Below are positions 1 to 10,300 of a DNA stretch of 64,000 bases, piece by piece. The notes under the pieces were generated by a model. The model saw only the letters and a program-made list of their open reading frames with translations, made no database searches and was not told the DNA's origin. Both the position numbers and the translations under genes were made by a program. Location of the stretch: positions 206,182-270,181 of the IMG/VR virus record IMGVR_UViG_3300024503_000015. One strand, 5' to 3'. The first letter of the stretch is position 1, and every line of letters begins with the position of its first letter.

Positions 1-880
1 GTCCGCCTGGATGATCTGCTAAGTTTAGCACACCAGTCATATCGCCGCCAGTTTTTAATACAACTTCTGCGGCACGTGGTGCTTGGTTACCTGTGGCGTT
101 TGCTGGCACATTTAAGTGACCAGTCATTGTGTCGCCTGTAATGTTTACATATTTGGAGTCGGCATAACCTTTGTTAATAGCAAAGGAATCTATGCTATAA
201 AGAGTTTCGTGCTGTGTGTTGAAACTATTAACAGCAGTTTGGAAATCTGTTTGATTAATAGGACTGCGTAAGCCGCCGATTAATTGATTACGTGCATCCA
301 GCGCATATTGTAATTTTGGTAATGGGTCGTCCTGTAATTTAGAACTTAATGTATCAATTTTAACGGAACCGTAACTGGTAATAGTACCAGTTGCCGCACT
401 AGTTGATAAGTTTGTTCCTGCGTTTGTATATACTAGAACATTGTCTACTGTGCCAGTTAACAATAGGGCAGAAGTAGTGTTAAATGAAGTATTGTCTGTG
501 GACGCGATTGTAACTCGTTGTCCAGGATCTAAATTGTGGTTTGCTGAAAGTGTAATAGTGGCAACGTTGCTACTTCTTGATACACTAACAATATCAAAGG
601 TTTCTTGCTCGGAATAATCAAACTGGATAGTACCGTTAGGACTGAAAAAGTCTTTGAATACTAAACTAGTACCAATAGAATTAACTACTGGAATCTTATT
701 ACCTTGTCCTACTAATGTATCAGGAGTATCGCTAAGGTCAGTGAACTTTAAAAATCCGCCTTGACCGAAAACAGCATATAACTCTTGGAAGTTTTCATTC
801 GTTTTTCTAAACGCTTCACGGATACTATCACCAGTTCCGTCATTACCTGATACGCCGATGTCGACTATTTTACGTGCCAT
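1..880 (-). CDS. Virion baseplate/tail protein, 5' part (runs off the window; not in ORF track)
   Basis: ATG at 880 after GGAG. Reads MARKIVDIGVSGNDGTGDSIREAFRKTNENFQELY, the T4 gp9/gp10-type N-terminal motif. Frame is open to position 1. CTAAATA motif at 911-917. Confidence 0.8.
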   Translation of the reverse strand, partial: MARKIVDIGVSGNDGTGDSIREAFRKTNENFQELYAVFGQGGFLKFTDLSDTPDTLVGQGNKIPVVNSIGTSLVFKDFFSPNGTIQFDYSEQETFDIVSVSRSSNVATITLSANHNLDPGQRVTIASTDNTSFNTTSALLLTGTVDNVLVYTNAGTNLSTSAATGTITSYGSVKIDTLSSKLQDDPLPKLQYALDARNQLIGGLRSPINQTDFQTAVNSFNTQHETLYSIDSFAINKGYADSKYVNITGDTMTGHLNVPANATGNQAPRAAEVVLKTGGDMTGVLNLADHPGG

Positions 881-910
881 TGAATACTCCAAAAAAGACT
901 TTGTATCCAA

Positions 911-946
911 TATTTAGCAGATAATTTTATAACCTTAATGTAAATA
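911..946. promoter_or_regulatory. Back-to-back TAAATA late-promoter motifs
   Basis: CTAAATA on - (911-917) and TAAATA on + (941-946) between divergent genes; resembles the T4 late promoter TATAAATA. Confidence 0.65.
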
Positions 947-950
947 ACTG

Positions 951-1238
951 ATGTTCATACGTATAGATACAGAAAAAAGTCAGCATACACGAACTAGTAA
1001 ACTTGGTCGTGAGCATACTTATGAACGTAAAAAAACTATTGTAGTCCTGCGCTGTGATAACTGCGGTGAAACATTTACTAGGACTAAAGGATCAATGGAT
1101 CCTAATAGGTTAAACAATAATTTCTTTCACTGTTGCCCTAGTTGCGATCCTAAGAGATTTGCACAGAAAAAAGGTGCAGAACGCAAAATCATATGGGATA
1201 AGACTGTTTCGAGCCTGGATGATATTAGTAAACTATAA
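951..1238 (+). CDS. Zn-finger protein
   Basis: CDNC...CPSC motifs; ATG 4 nt after TAAATA. Confidence 0.7.
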   Translation: MFIRIDTEKSQHTRTSKLGREHTYERKKTIVVLRCDNCGETFTRTKGSMDPNRLNNNFFHCCPSCDPKRFAQKKGAERKIIWDKTVSSLDDISKL

Positions 1239-1263
1239 ATATTTGCTCATGGAGGACACTAGA

Positions 1264-1482
1264 ATGTTGTCATTATTAAAAAAACTATTTGGCGGTAAGT
1301 CTCAAGAAACCGTAGCAGAAGCACCATACAAGGTTGAAGCACCTAAAGTGGAAGAAACTAAAGTAGAAGCACCTGCTCCAGTTGCTGAGGCACCTAAAGC
1401 AGAAGCACCTAAGAAAAAGGCCGCTGGCCGTAAACCAGCAGCCGCAAAAAAGGCTCCTGCTAAGAAAGCCCCTAAGAAGTAA
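1264..1482 (+). CDS. Small Lys/Ala/Pro-rich basic protein (histone H1-like tail)
   Basis: TATAAATA at 1234-1241, then GGAGG, then ATG 1264; C-terminus KKAPAKKAPKK. Confidence 0.65.
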   Translation: MLSLLKKLFGGKSQETVAEAPYKVEAPKVEETKVEAPAPVAEAPKAEAPKKKAAGRKPAAAKKAPAKKAPKK

Positions 1483-2491
1483 TCGCTTGTTTGTGTAGTG
1501 CAAACGAGGCTAGATTTTTAGCCTTGCTTTCGCACATAATATCAAACTGATCCCAAAAACTCAGTGCCCATTCGTTCACTGCTGTGTTCCAGTAGAAGTT
1601 CGAATGTGCTCTGAGTTTTGCTTTTTTGTGTCCACTTTCCATTAGTGAAAGTAGGGAGGGAGCGGAGTCTGTGGCATGGCCATTAAGATGCTCTTCCCGT
1701 GAAACACTATAATGTATGACAGGGCGCACACCACGCCAACTATCGATAATCCTTTTAACACGGTCGTCAGTTGCTTCAATATATTCTCCAGTATTAATCC
1801 AATGATGGTGTATGTCTAGCACCAAAGCGAGATCTTTGGCAAGTTCGAGGCTTGAGTCGATTCCCCAGGTGATTTCGTCATTTTCGATGGTGATGCAGTT
1901 TCTTGCTTCGGGGGAAAGTCTCGGGAGGGCACTTTTAATACCGGCTGGACCGGCTCTACCGGCGATGTGGACGTTGATCTTAAAGTCCTGAAATCTTTTA
2001 CCATACCCCATCCATCTCGCCATATCCGCATGATACTCAAACTCCTCTATAGAACGCTGAACAATATCAGGATTGTCGCTTGCCAACACAGTAAATTGAC
2101 CAGGATGAAAACTGAGACGAACGTTGCGGGAACGAGCAATATCTCCCACTTCTGCAAAATGTTTTTGGGCGTATGTCTGCACATCATTTTCACGCCAAAA
2201 CCAGCACCAAGTAGGCTCAGTGTAGACAGGAAGAATATCACTGCTAAGGCGTACCATACGTAAGTCATCATCTAATTGCCCTACCCTTTCTACTAATAAT
2301 TTAGTTGAGTTGATATTTTGTTCAAGCAAAGACCACAATTTTTCAACAGCCACATCTTTGGTTTGACGGTTAAGCCAAGCCACAGTTGTTGCTCCTGTAT
2401 TGTATTTCTTACATTCATCTTTGGGTTTAATACCGTCTACTTGATCTGGACGGTCGATCCATTTACAGGCAAAGCCAATACGTTTGTTCAC
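1472..2491 (-). CDS. uvsE: UV damage endonuclease
   Basis: RIGFACK, RLSS, RLSFHPGQF, ENDE, LDIHHH and RAHS motifs. Likely GTG start at 2491 after GAGAG and a sigma70 promoter at 2520-2548. Confidence 0.92.
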   Translation of the reverse strand: MNKRIGFACKWIDRPDQVDGIKPKDECKKYNTGATTVAWLNRQTKDVAVEKLWSLLEQNINSTKLLVERVGQLDDDLRMVRLSSDILPVYTEPTWCWFWRENDVQTYAQKHFAEVGDIARSRNVRLSFHPGQFTVLASDNPDIVQRSIEEFEYHADMARWMGYGKRFQDFKINVHIAGRAGPAGIKSALPRLSPEARNCITIENDEITWGIDSSLELAKDLALVLDIHHHWINTGEYIEATDDRVKRIIDSWRGVRPVIHYSVSREEHLNGHATDSAPSLLSLMESGHKKAKLRAHSNFYWNTAVNEWALSFWDQFDIMCESKAKNLASFALHKQAITS

Positions 2492-2531
2492 AAAACTCTC
2501 GATAAAGTTACGATAATATATTATAGCATCG

Positions 2532-3227
2532 TTACTGCCAGTTGTCAACAATGATTTGGTCCTGGACATCTTCGGGATTTGGTGTTCCGTGGAACGCAAT
2601 TACGCTACAATCCGGGTTCATAGACGGGCTACGCACCGTCTTAAACACGTTTTTACCCTGAACCCTAATCAACTCTTCCCGCTGTCTTATTTCCCACTTG
2701 TAGCTCTGTATCCAAGTTTCAGGGAAAAATTTTATAATACTTTTGTGTGACTGCCAAATCCAATCTTGATCACCTGGGAACTTTTTGGTTAACGCTGGAT
2801 TGTTTTCCAAATCGTCCCAAATATTGCTGAAATGGTTACTGGGCCAACGCAGTACAGCACTACCTAATTTTGGTGGCACACGTCTAAACACTCTGCCTAC
2901 ATCTTCCAAACCAACAAAATTTCCAGGCAGGTACGAAACCAATTTGTCTATATTACCTACAATAACCATATCCAAATCAAAGAACAAATTTACATCACCG
3001 TCTGGAAAATGTCCTTGTTTAAAGATATATGGTTTCCACCACCAACCAGAAAACAGTCCTTTGGGCAAGGGTTTAATTTTAATTGCAGGATTTAAGTTTG
3101 TAGGATCTTCAGTAAAGCAATAAAAATCAAAAGGCACAGTTAAGTGCCTTGAGACCATATTGTAAAGTTTGTTTACATATTCCGGACCGTACTTTGTACC
3201 GTGTTTTAAACTAATGACGTTTAGCAT
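2532..3227 (-). CDS. Glycosyltransferase-like protein
   Basis: LKHGTKYGPEYV, GWWWK, FFDLD (DxD), GDQDW and FHGTPNP motifs typical of phage GT-A proteins. Confidence 0.7.
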   Translation of the reverse strand: MLNVISLKHGTKYGPEYVNKLYNMVSRHLTVPFDFYCFTEDPTNLNPAIKIKPLPKGLFSGWWWKPYIFKQGHFPDGDVNLFFDLDMVIVGNIDKLVSYLPGNFVGLEDVGRVFRRVPPKLGSAVLRWPSNHFSNIWDDLENNPALTKKFPGDQDWIWQSHKSIIKFFPETWIQSYKWEIRQREELIRVQGKNVFKTVRSPSMNPDCSVIAFHGTPNPEDVQDQIIVDNWQ

Positions 3228-3388
3228 TACCAGTGCCTTATTACACCCGCTACAATGAATATGTTAGTTATTATATAAGTCAATACAATAACAGTTCGAA
3301 TCAATGCAATCCTGTCCGCTTCTTGTTTGGTAACACCGGCTTTCTCTCCTAGTGCCTTGGCCCATAGTCTCCAAAACTTACGTACCAT
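3227..3388 (-). CDS. Small membrane protein (53 aa, not in ORF track)
   Basis: MVRKFWRLWAKALGEKAG...IFIVAGVIRHW; fills the gap and overlaps both neighbours. Confidence 0.75.
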   Translation of the reverse strand: MVRKFWRLWAKALGEKAGVTKQEADRIALIRTVIVLTYIITNIFIVAGVIRHW

Positions 3389-3935
3389 CTTTATAAAAAA
3401 CACTACGACTCTTAGGAGTTTCCCACCATTCGATGCTGTGAACTTTGACGCCTAATTTTTTCATTTTGACATCAACTAATTCTGCCATCCAACTACTTAG
3501 GTGTTCCGATGTTGGAACAAAGTCTACTACCATAAATCCTTCGTAGTATTCTTGTTCAGGACCAGACATATTAGCATAATAGATTGGATGAATATGCCAA
3601 CCTGCAACGTATTCGGTTTCTGGAACATACACTGGAATTAGCTCGACTTTTTCTCCCAGCATCTTAGTAAACAGCGGATCGTTTTTATCAATAATAAATT
3701 GATGATCAATATAAGTGTTGATCCATTTCTTTAGCCATTCTAAATGTCTAAAGTCAGTGACCATTCCAGTTTTATCTAATCCGTCGCCTGTTAAATGAAC
3801 CTGCATTTTACCTTCGTGTCCATGTAAATGTCTGCAAGCACATTTCAAGTCTGCCGCATATTCGCCGTTTAGTGTTTGTGTATGAACACGATGTCCATAA
3901 CAAAATTCAAATGTTTTATCAATGATCCAAGTCAT
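3378..3935 (-). CDS. queD: 6-carboxy-tetrahydropterin synthase (PTPS/QueD)
   Basis: F.YGHR, CRHLHGH, MVTDF, PTSE and WETP motifs. Confidence 0.9.
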   Translation of the reverse strand: MTWIIDKTFEFCYGHRVHTQTLNGEYAADLKCACRHLHGHEGKMQVHLTGDGLDKTGMVTDFRHLEWLKKWINTYIDHQFIIDKNDPLFTKMLGEKVELIPVYVPETEYVAGWHIHPIYYANMSGPEQEYYEGFMVVDFVPTSEHLSSWMAELVDVKMKKLGVKVHSIEWWETPKSRSVFYKDGT

Positions 3936-3966
3936 CTCTTGCCCTTTTTAAGTTAAGTTTGATGAC

Positions 3967-4005
3967 ACGCAGAGTATTTAAAGAGGGGTGAGCGTCTAGT
4001 CCTCT
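3967..4005 (-). promoter_or_regulatory. Candidate preQ1-I-like riboswitch / pseudoknot in queD leader
   Basis: AGAGG-ACUAGACGCUCACC-CCUCU-UUAAAUACUCU-GCGU: 5-bp stem, and loop ACGC can pair with the 3' GCGU. Starts just after a sigma70 promoter. Confidence 0.5.
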
Positions 4006-4013
4006 ATTGATAC

Positions 4014-4042
4014 AGTATATAGGTATTACATTATACTGTCAA
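4014..4042 (-). promoter_or_regulatory. sigma70-type promoter for queD
   Basis: TTGACA-N17-TATACT. Confidence 0.75.
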
Positions 4043-4601
4043 TAGTTTTGAATTTAACATTTGCCAAAAGCCAACTACTGGGCATCTGCCATTCTGTATT
4101 GTTAAAAACTACAAAGTACTTATCGGGGAAACATTCAAACACGCGAGCAATCTGGTATATCCAATACCTTGGATCCACTGCGGGTTTAGTAGCATCTGCA
4201 TAGTTAGCAGTATCTTTGTAAATGTTATTGACAAACTGTGTTGGGCTGTGTAGATCAAAACCAAATAAGTTTACATGGTCGTCTAGCATAGCGGCTAACA
4301 AAACAGCATACGGACCACTGCCCCATTGAAAAGGCTCGTCAGGTCTAGTAGTGCCCTGGTAAGGCAAGTCTGGTAATATTTTTACAGGATTGTTTTTGTA
4401 GAAGTGTGCCCAATCTTTTCTAGTATAGATTGTGCCAGCAAAGTGGCTATCCAGTGCTTCTTGTACCATACGTCTGTCTACACAGACTAAATGGTCGACT
4501 GAGTAGTCTCTATGTATGGCGTTACAGCCAACTTTAGTTTCTGTAAGTGAATTTAAATCTAAATGTTTTCTGGATTCGCCGTTGCCAAATACAGATATCA
4601 T
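4026..4601 (-). CDS. Hypothetical protein (Rossmann-like, GT29/Maf-like motifs)
   Basis: Likely start MISVFGNGESR (ATGA overlap); GCNAIHRD, GSGPYA and LFGFDL motifs. Confidence 0.6.
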   Translation of the reverse strand: MISVFGNGESRKHLDLNSLTETKVGCNAIHRDYSVDHLVCVDRRMVQEALDSHFAGTIYTRKDWAHFYKNNPVKILPDLPYQGTTRPDEPFQWGSGPYAVLLAAMLDDHVNLFGFDLHSPTQFVNNIYKDTANYADATKPAVDPRYWIYQIARVFECFPDKYFVVFNNTEWQMPSSWLLANVKFKTIDSIM

Positions 4602-6211
4602 CTTCCGCCAATATAACCGAACGGCTCCCAAGTACCAGGAGTACCGCTCATTACGCAGATCCATCCAACGTAACTAGTTCTTACTGGACTGCTATTCCAA
4701 ATGATATCGCCTTTGTTCCAGGCTTTTTCTGTAGGAGCACCTACGCCGTGTGCAAAGCGTTTACCATTGATAACCATCATTCCGTCTACGCTGAATGCCG
4801 CATCTTCTTGTGGGTTGGTAATGTTTACACTTAGTTGTCCATAGATGTTTACATTTCTAGTTGTATTATTTTTGTCACCGATACGGATACTGCCAGCGTT
4901 ATCTACTTCAAAGTCTTCGCCAATGCCAAACTTATCTGCTGTAATACCACTGCTGGATAATCTTAATGTGCCCGAGCCGTCTTTGATTGTTACAGAATTG
5001 TTAATTGTAACTACGCTGTCTTGTACAGTAATGCTGTCTGACAAGTTTACTGTTCCAGCAACATCTAATGATGTCAGTGTGCCTAAACGAGTAAGACTAG
5101 AGTTAACAACGCTAACTCCTAGGTCAGTTCTGTTTAATACACTCTTACCGTCGATCCAGAATTCTTTGTTAATTGCTAATTCAAGACTTTCTGAAGAATA
5201 GATTCTGTCAGGGTTTGGAAGCATAATAAACTGACGTGTACCACCTTCGCCCTTCCATTGCATACCCTTGCCAAAAATACTGTTATCCTTACTGGCTATA
5301 AATTCTATTGGACTAGTTTTTTCGATTCTGATGTCAGATACAATGCTGTCTACTTCTAATCTGCCGTGAACTTTGACTATTGCGCCTTTGCTCTTAGCAT
5401 TGCCAAACTCTGTAGTGTTTCCTGATACTGTAATACGTCTTGTGTTATCGGTAACAATACTGAAACTGTTACTGCCCCAAGTACCTACAAAACCCACTGA
5501 GTCTTGATCCGCACCTAAAATTACTTCTACATTATTGTCAACGGCACTGATAACTGCGTTTGGTTCTTCTGTATTGACACCTAGTCTTCCTAGGGCATTA
5601 ACAAAAACTGTGTCACCTAGGTTTGTTTCGCCTGTAACACGTAGTTCTTCTAAAGGACCCACTGTGCGTAGGTTACTGTCACGTACTGAATTACCTAATC
5701 TTGTGCGCTCTAAAACATCTGTGCCTTCAATTTGATACTTAGAACCTTTGTATAAATCAATAGATTCTGTGCTGAAAATTCTTTTTGGGTTTGCTTTAAA
5801 AACAAACTGATAACTTACATCTGGGCTGTCCCATTGCAAGCCTTTACCATCTAAATCGCTGAGTTGTCTGCTGGCAAAAGAAATGGATTTTGTAAATGAT
5901 TCTAGGCTTTGTTCTGAAATAACATTCTTAACTAACAGCGTATCTGCTTCTAATTTGCCGTTAACTTTTAAGTTAGCAAATTCGCTAGTACCTGCGGCAA
6001 CAATTTTTCCAGCGCCAAGAACGCCTTCTACGTGAATGTTTCCGCTAATTCTGTCAGCACTTAATACGCCAACCTGTACACCTTTATCTGTAACAATCAT
6101 CTGCTCACGTGTAGCAGTATCAGAAATGCCCTTAGATAGTGTGCCACCGTTAGCGGCTGATTTTAGTGCGTCACCTAAATCTTGAAGAATTTTGTCGATG
6201 TTTGAGCTCAT
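4598..6211 (-). CDS. Virion structural / tail-associated protein
   Basis: Start MSSNIDK 7 nt after TATAAATA (6219-6226). Internal repeat (GKGxQW...PxRIxSxESxxL...SxLxxxGxL); C-terminal W.KGDIIWN..P...GWIC..SGTPGTW. Confidence 0.7.
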   Translation of the reverse strand: MSSNIDKILQDLGDALKSAANGGTLSKGISDTATREQMIVTDKGVQVGVLSADRISGNIHVEGVLGAGKIVAAGTSEFANLKVNGKLEADTLLVKNVISEQSLESFTKSISFASRQLSDLDGKGLQWDSPDVSYQFVFKANPKRIFSTESIDLYKGSKYQIEGTDVLERTRLGNSVRDSNLRTVGPLEELRVTGETNLGDTVFVNALGRLGVNTEEPNAVISAVDNNVEVILGADQDSVGFVGTWGSNSFSIVTDNTRRITVSGNTTEFGNAKSKGAIVKVHGRLEVDSIVSDIRIEKTSPIEFIASKDNSIFGKGMQWKGEGGTRQFIMLPNPDRIYSSESLELAINKEFWIDGKSVLNRTDLGVSVVNSSLTRLGTLTSLDVAGTVNLSDSITVQDSVVTINNSVTIKDGSGTLRLSSSGITADKFGIGEDFEVDNAGSIRIGDKNNTTRNVNIYGQLSVNITNPQEDAAFSVDGMMVINGKRFAHGVGAPTEKAWNKGDIIWNSSPVRTSYVGWICVMSGTPGTWEPFGYIGGR

Positions 6212-6274
6212 AGTGTAGTATTTATATAGAATCCAACATAGCATAAATATTGGTAACACAGGAATATACCTAAA

Positions 6275-8209
6275 ATGCCAGCAGCCTTTTACGATTTTTT
6301 TAGAAAAATAAGATTTAGACCCAGCGAAAGCGTTACAACTATCCCCAACGCAATTACTGTAGATACTGAAATTGAAGCAGACAGCGTCACGGATACTGCT
6401 ACCATTGTTGCTGGGCAGAATATTGCATTTAGCATTGAGGATAGTTCCACAGCAACGCCTGGACAGACAACTGATACCATTACAATTCATGGTCCAGATT
6501 ATCAAACTTATGTACCGTTAGGCACAACAAAGTTACGTTTAGAGCGCGACCTAGGCGCAGAGACTAGCGATATCGAATTATATCCAGATCCACTAAGTCC
6601 AATTCTTATTACTAGAACTGGCGCAAATCAGATTACAATTGGTTCTAACAGTCCTAGTTTACCATTTAGCCAAGAACAAATTGAAGATTTATCTGCTTCA
6701 CTTTTGACTAACGGAACACATACAGAGTTAACAGTTACCTATCAGGATTCCGTTACTTTGCCATCGACATTTGCTCAAAATGCAACTAGCGGCTCGGGCA
6801 TTAATGCTGTATTCAATATTTCAATTATTAACAATACCTATGTGGCCAGCGTTAGCAATGGTGGTACTGGTTTTGCCGCAGGTAATACCGTAACAGTCTA
6901 TGGAACTAATTTCCCAGGCGGATTGAATCCGGCCAACAATGTAACAATTACTGTAGGCTCTGTTGATGGTAGCGGAACAATTTTAACTATTACTTCTGCA
7001 ACAGGAACTCCAATAGCATCAGATAACATAGATTTGGCTGTTACATCTACACTACAAAATGTTACAAGCCGCGGTGCAACAACTACATCAGCAATTACGA
7101 TTAGTAATGCTACAGGCAGTAGTAATACATCTACTGGCGCATTAAAATTAACCGCCGGCGGCCTTGCTGTATTTGAAAATGCTAACATTGGTGGGTATGT
7201 AAAAGCAACAACATTTGAAAGTACTCAGACAACTGGTACTGCTCCATTTACTGTGGCTAGCACTACCGCTGTGGCAAATTTACAAGCCGCCACTGCAAGT
7301 AAATGGCATACTGCTCGTACAGTTACATTCACAGGCGATGTAACAGGTTCATTCAGCATCGATGGATCGGCAGATGTTACTAGCGTAGCATTAACAGTTG
7401 GCAGTGATACAGTTGCACTTGGTACAGATACTACAGGTAACTATGTTGCTACAGCCGGAGTAAGCGGTAACGGTCTATCAGGAAGTTCGAGTTCAGAAGG
7501 TGGAACATTTACAGTTAGTTCAAATGCTACTGCAAACAACACAGCATCAACTATTGTATTCCGTGATACTAACGGCGACTTTAGTGCAGGCACAATTACA
7601 GCCACAGCGTTTACAGGACCAGCAAGTCAGGTAGCATTAACAGCAACATCGACTAATGCCGCACACTATCTAACATTTGTCGATACAACCACAGGTAACG
7701 AAAATATTAGAACTGATGTAGACTTAGCCTACAATCCTAGCACAAATGTTCTTACAGCAGGGACATTCAGTGGTATTATCAGTGGTAGTACAGTCAGTGC
7801 AAGTAGTACACTTAGCATTGGCACTAGCACAATTGAAACGGTTTCAGTTAACCCAGCGGCACTTACTGGCGCAACAACATTAGATTGCAAAACAAATAGT
7901 GTGTTTTACTATTCCTCTAATGCAGCCGCAAACTGGACACTGAACTTCCGTGGTGACGGAAGTACAACAATGAATACATTCTTAACCACAGGACAGAGTG
8001 TAACAGTAGTATTGCTAGCCACACAAGGCGGCACAGCATACTATCCAACAGCGTTTACTGTCGATGGATCTGCCGTTACTCCTAAATGGTTAGGCGGTGC
8101 CGCACCGACAGGCGGTAATGCTAGTAGCATTGACTCATATTCATTTACAATTATTAAAACAGCCGCAAGTACATATACAATTATTGCTAGTCAGGCTAGA
8201 TTTGCTTAA
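6275..8209 (+). CDS. Tail fibre-like protein
   Basis: Thr/Ser/Gly-rich; TLQNVTSRGATT, FTGDVTGS and IVFRDTNGDFSAG fibre motifs; TAAATA at 6244. Confidence 0.75.
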   Translation: MPAAFYDFFRKIRFRPSESVTTIPNAITVDTEIEADSVTDTATIVAGQNIAFSIEDSSTATPGQTTDTITIHGPDYQTYVPLGTTKLRLERDLGAETSDIELYPDPLSPILITRTGANQITIGSNSPSLPFSQEQIEDLSASLLTNGTHTELTVTYQDSVTLPSTFAQNATSGSGINAVFNISIINNTYVASVSNGGTGFAAGNTVTVYGTNFPGGLNPANNVTITVGSVDGSGTILTITSATGTPIASDNIDLAVTSTLQNVTSRGATTTSAITISNATGSSNTSTGALKLTAGGLAVFENANIGGYVKATTFESTQTTGTAPFTVASTTAVANLQAATASKWHTARTVTFTGDVTGSFSIDGSADVTSVALTVGSDTVALGTDTTGNYVATAGVSGNGLSGSSSSEGGTFTVSSNATANNTASTIVFRDTNGDFSAGTITATAFTGPASQVALTATSTNAAHYLTFVDTTTGNENIRTDVDLAYNPSTNVLTAGTFSGIISGSTVSASSTLSIGTSTIETVSVNPAALTGATTLDCKTNSVFYYSSNAAANWTLNFRGDGSTTMNTFLTTGQSVTVVLLATQGGTAYYPTAFTVDGSAVTPKWLGGAAPTGGNASSIDSYSFTIIKTAASTYTIIASQARFA

Positions 8210-8218
8210 GGTTTAACA

Positions 8219-10300
8219 ATGCCATTATTAACTACATTAGGTAGCGCAGGCGTACAATCATATGGAACTTCTGGAATACAGCCGGGAGGAAGTTTGTACT
8301 TTGTTGGCGGCAGTCAGTACTTAACATTTTCGGGAACTAGTTTAACCTACGGTACGGCAAACTTTACCATAGAGTTTTGGTGGAAACCAATTACTAATTT
8401 GACTGGTATTAAAGTTTTATATGCTCAATGGTTTGGTAACAATAATTATCTTTGGATTTATCAACGTGATGGCCAAATTGTATTTGCCACAGTAGGCGGC
8501 GCCATTCGAGCATTTGGTGGAACATTGACATTAAACACTTGGAATCATATTGCTTTAGTTCGAAACAGTGGTAGTGCTAGATTGTTCGTAAACGGTGTAG
8601 CCTATGCTTCTGCAACCTGTACTAATAACTATGCTACTAATACAACATATAATCCGTGTGTGGGGCAATGGTATCCGGGCAATAGTACTTACCCAGCATT
8701 GGGTTACTTAACCAATTTAAGAATTTCTAAGAGTGCGTTATACACTACAGGATTTACTCCTAGCAAAGTTCCTTTTACTAGAACAAGTCAGGGTGCAACC
8801 GCATCTCTATTATTAAATGTAAAATCTAGTGGAACATTTACTACTGATAGTTCAGCCAATGCGATAGCAGTGACAAACAATCTTGTAACATATATTGCTG
8901 AATCTCCATATACTGAAAATTATGTAACGCCGCCAACAGTAACAGTAGTATCTGCTACAGTAACTCCATCTACTCTTACAGGCAGCGAGGGTAGTGCAAT
9001 TACGTTTACTATTGCTGGAACAAACGTTACAGATGGAACATACTACTATACAATTGAACAAGCATCCGGTAGTACAGCAATTACTACATCTGATTTTACC
9101 TCTGCATCCTTGTCTGGTACATTTACAATGACCAGCAATAGCGGATCATTTAATATAACACCTGCAAAGGATTTATTTACAGAAGGTACCGAAACGTTTT
9201 CTGTTGCAGTAAGACAAACATCGATTACAGGAACAATTATTGGCGCCAGTGATGAAATAACTATAACAGATATTTCTATTACACCAACATTAACACCTGA
9301 CGCGGCAACTGTAAACGAAGGAAGTAGTGTATCGTTCACCGCAGCCAATGTTGGCCCAGACGGAACATACTACTGGACAACATCTGGTATTAGTGCAGGC
9401 GATGTAACTGCTACTAGCGGCTCATTTACAATAAGCGGTAGTACTGGTGGAATAGAAAACGGCACGGGCACATTTAGCATCACTACGTCTTCGGATAGAA
9501 CAACCGAAGGATCTGAAACTATGAACGTACAAGTTCGAAGTGGCAGTACTAGCGGAACTATTATTGTATCAACTAGTGTAACGATACTTGATACCTCATT
9601 GACACCATTTACTTCATTTACTGCCAATAGTACTATTGCAGAAATGGCAGGCAACATATCCGGGTATGCTACATCGACTACATTACAAGTAGGAAACCTT
9701 GGGCCTGCTGGAACATATTATTATACATTTAATAACGTATCTGGAACACTATTGACCACAGATATTTCTACAGGAAGTCTATCAGGATCTTTCACAACAA
9801 CTTCATTAAATCAAACAACTACATTAACTATCGGTGCGGCCTCTGATACTGTAGCAGAAACTAATAGTGTCCAAGTGTTTACAGTTCAAATTAGAGAAGG
9901 TTCTATATCAGGAACAGTATTAGTAACTAGTGGACAGATAATATTATACGATTCATCGATGACAATTTCTGCAGTTTCTCCGAACCCTGCTAGTGAAGGT
10001 AACGGATTAAACATTACAGTAACTACACCATTATCGTCTCCTAACGGAATGGTTCAAGGAACATATTGGTTAACATTTGAAAGCACCAGCTCTGCTGTAG
10101 CCGCAGACGTTAGCGGACTACCGTATTCGTTTAATATTACCAGCCAAGGAAACTATTTTATTAACGGTATAGTTTCTATTCGTGCCACGGACGGAGCAGA
10201 AGCCGCAGAAACATTTAGAATTGGTGTGAGACAAGGGTCCACTACCGGAACCCTTGTTGGACTAAGTCCTGTGATTACAATTAACGCTAGTGCTACTTAA
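8219..10300 (+). CDS. Virion protein with LamG/ConA-like domain and Calx-beta/Ig-like repeats
   Basis: NFTIEFWW, WNHIALVR, GYLTNLRIS; repeated D..TEG.ETF.V..R.GS.TG units. Confidence 0.75.
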   Translation: MPLLTTLGSAGVQSYGTSGIQPGGSLYFVGGSQYLTFSGTSLTYGTANFTIEFWWKPITNLTGIKVLYAQWFGNNNYLWIYQRDGQIVFATVGGAIRAFGGTLTLNTWNHIALVRNSGSARLFVNGVAYASATCTNNYATNTTYNPCVGQWYPGNSTYPALGYLTNLRISKSALYTTGFTPSKVPFTRTSQGATASLLLNVKSSGTFTTDSSANAIAVTNNLVTYIAESPYTENYVTPPTVTVVSATVTPSTLTGSEGSAITFTIAGTNVTDGTYYYTIEQASGSTAITTSDFTSASLSGTFTMTSNSGSFNITPAKDLFTEGTETFSVAVRQTSITGTIIGASDEITITDISITPTLTPDAATVNEGSSVSFTAANVGPDGTYYWTTSGISAGDVTATSGSFTISGSTGGIENGTGTFSITTSSDRTTEGSETMNVQVRSGSTSGTIIVSTSVTILDTSLTPFTSFTANSTIAEMAGNISGYATSTTLQVGNLGPAGTYYYTFNNVSGTLLTTDISTGSLSGSFTTTSLNQTTTLTIGAASDTVAETNSVQVFTVQIREGSISGTVLVTSGQIILYDSSMTISAVSPNPASEGNGLNITVTTPLSSPNGMVQGTYWLTFESTSSAVAADVSGLPYSFNITSQGNYFINGIVSIRATDGAEAAETFRIGVRQGSTTGTLVGLSPVITINASAT

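Noticed and set aside
2491-6505. N-terminal extensions of ORF-track calls (uvsE to 2599, 4664, 6505; also 16234, 32124, 35941, 50621, 61555)
   Set aside because: They overlap promoters, tRNAs or other genes; better starts lie downstream.
6275-10300. Diversity-generating retroelement acting on the fibre genes
   Set aside because: No reverse transcriptase, and I saw no template/variable repeat pair in the window.
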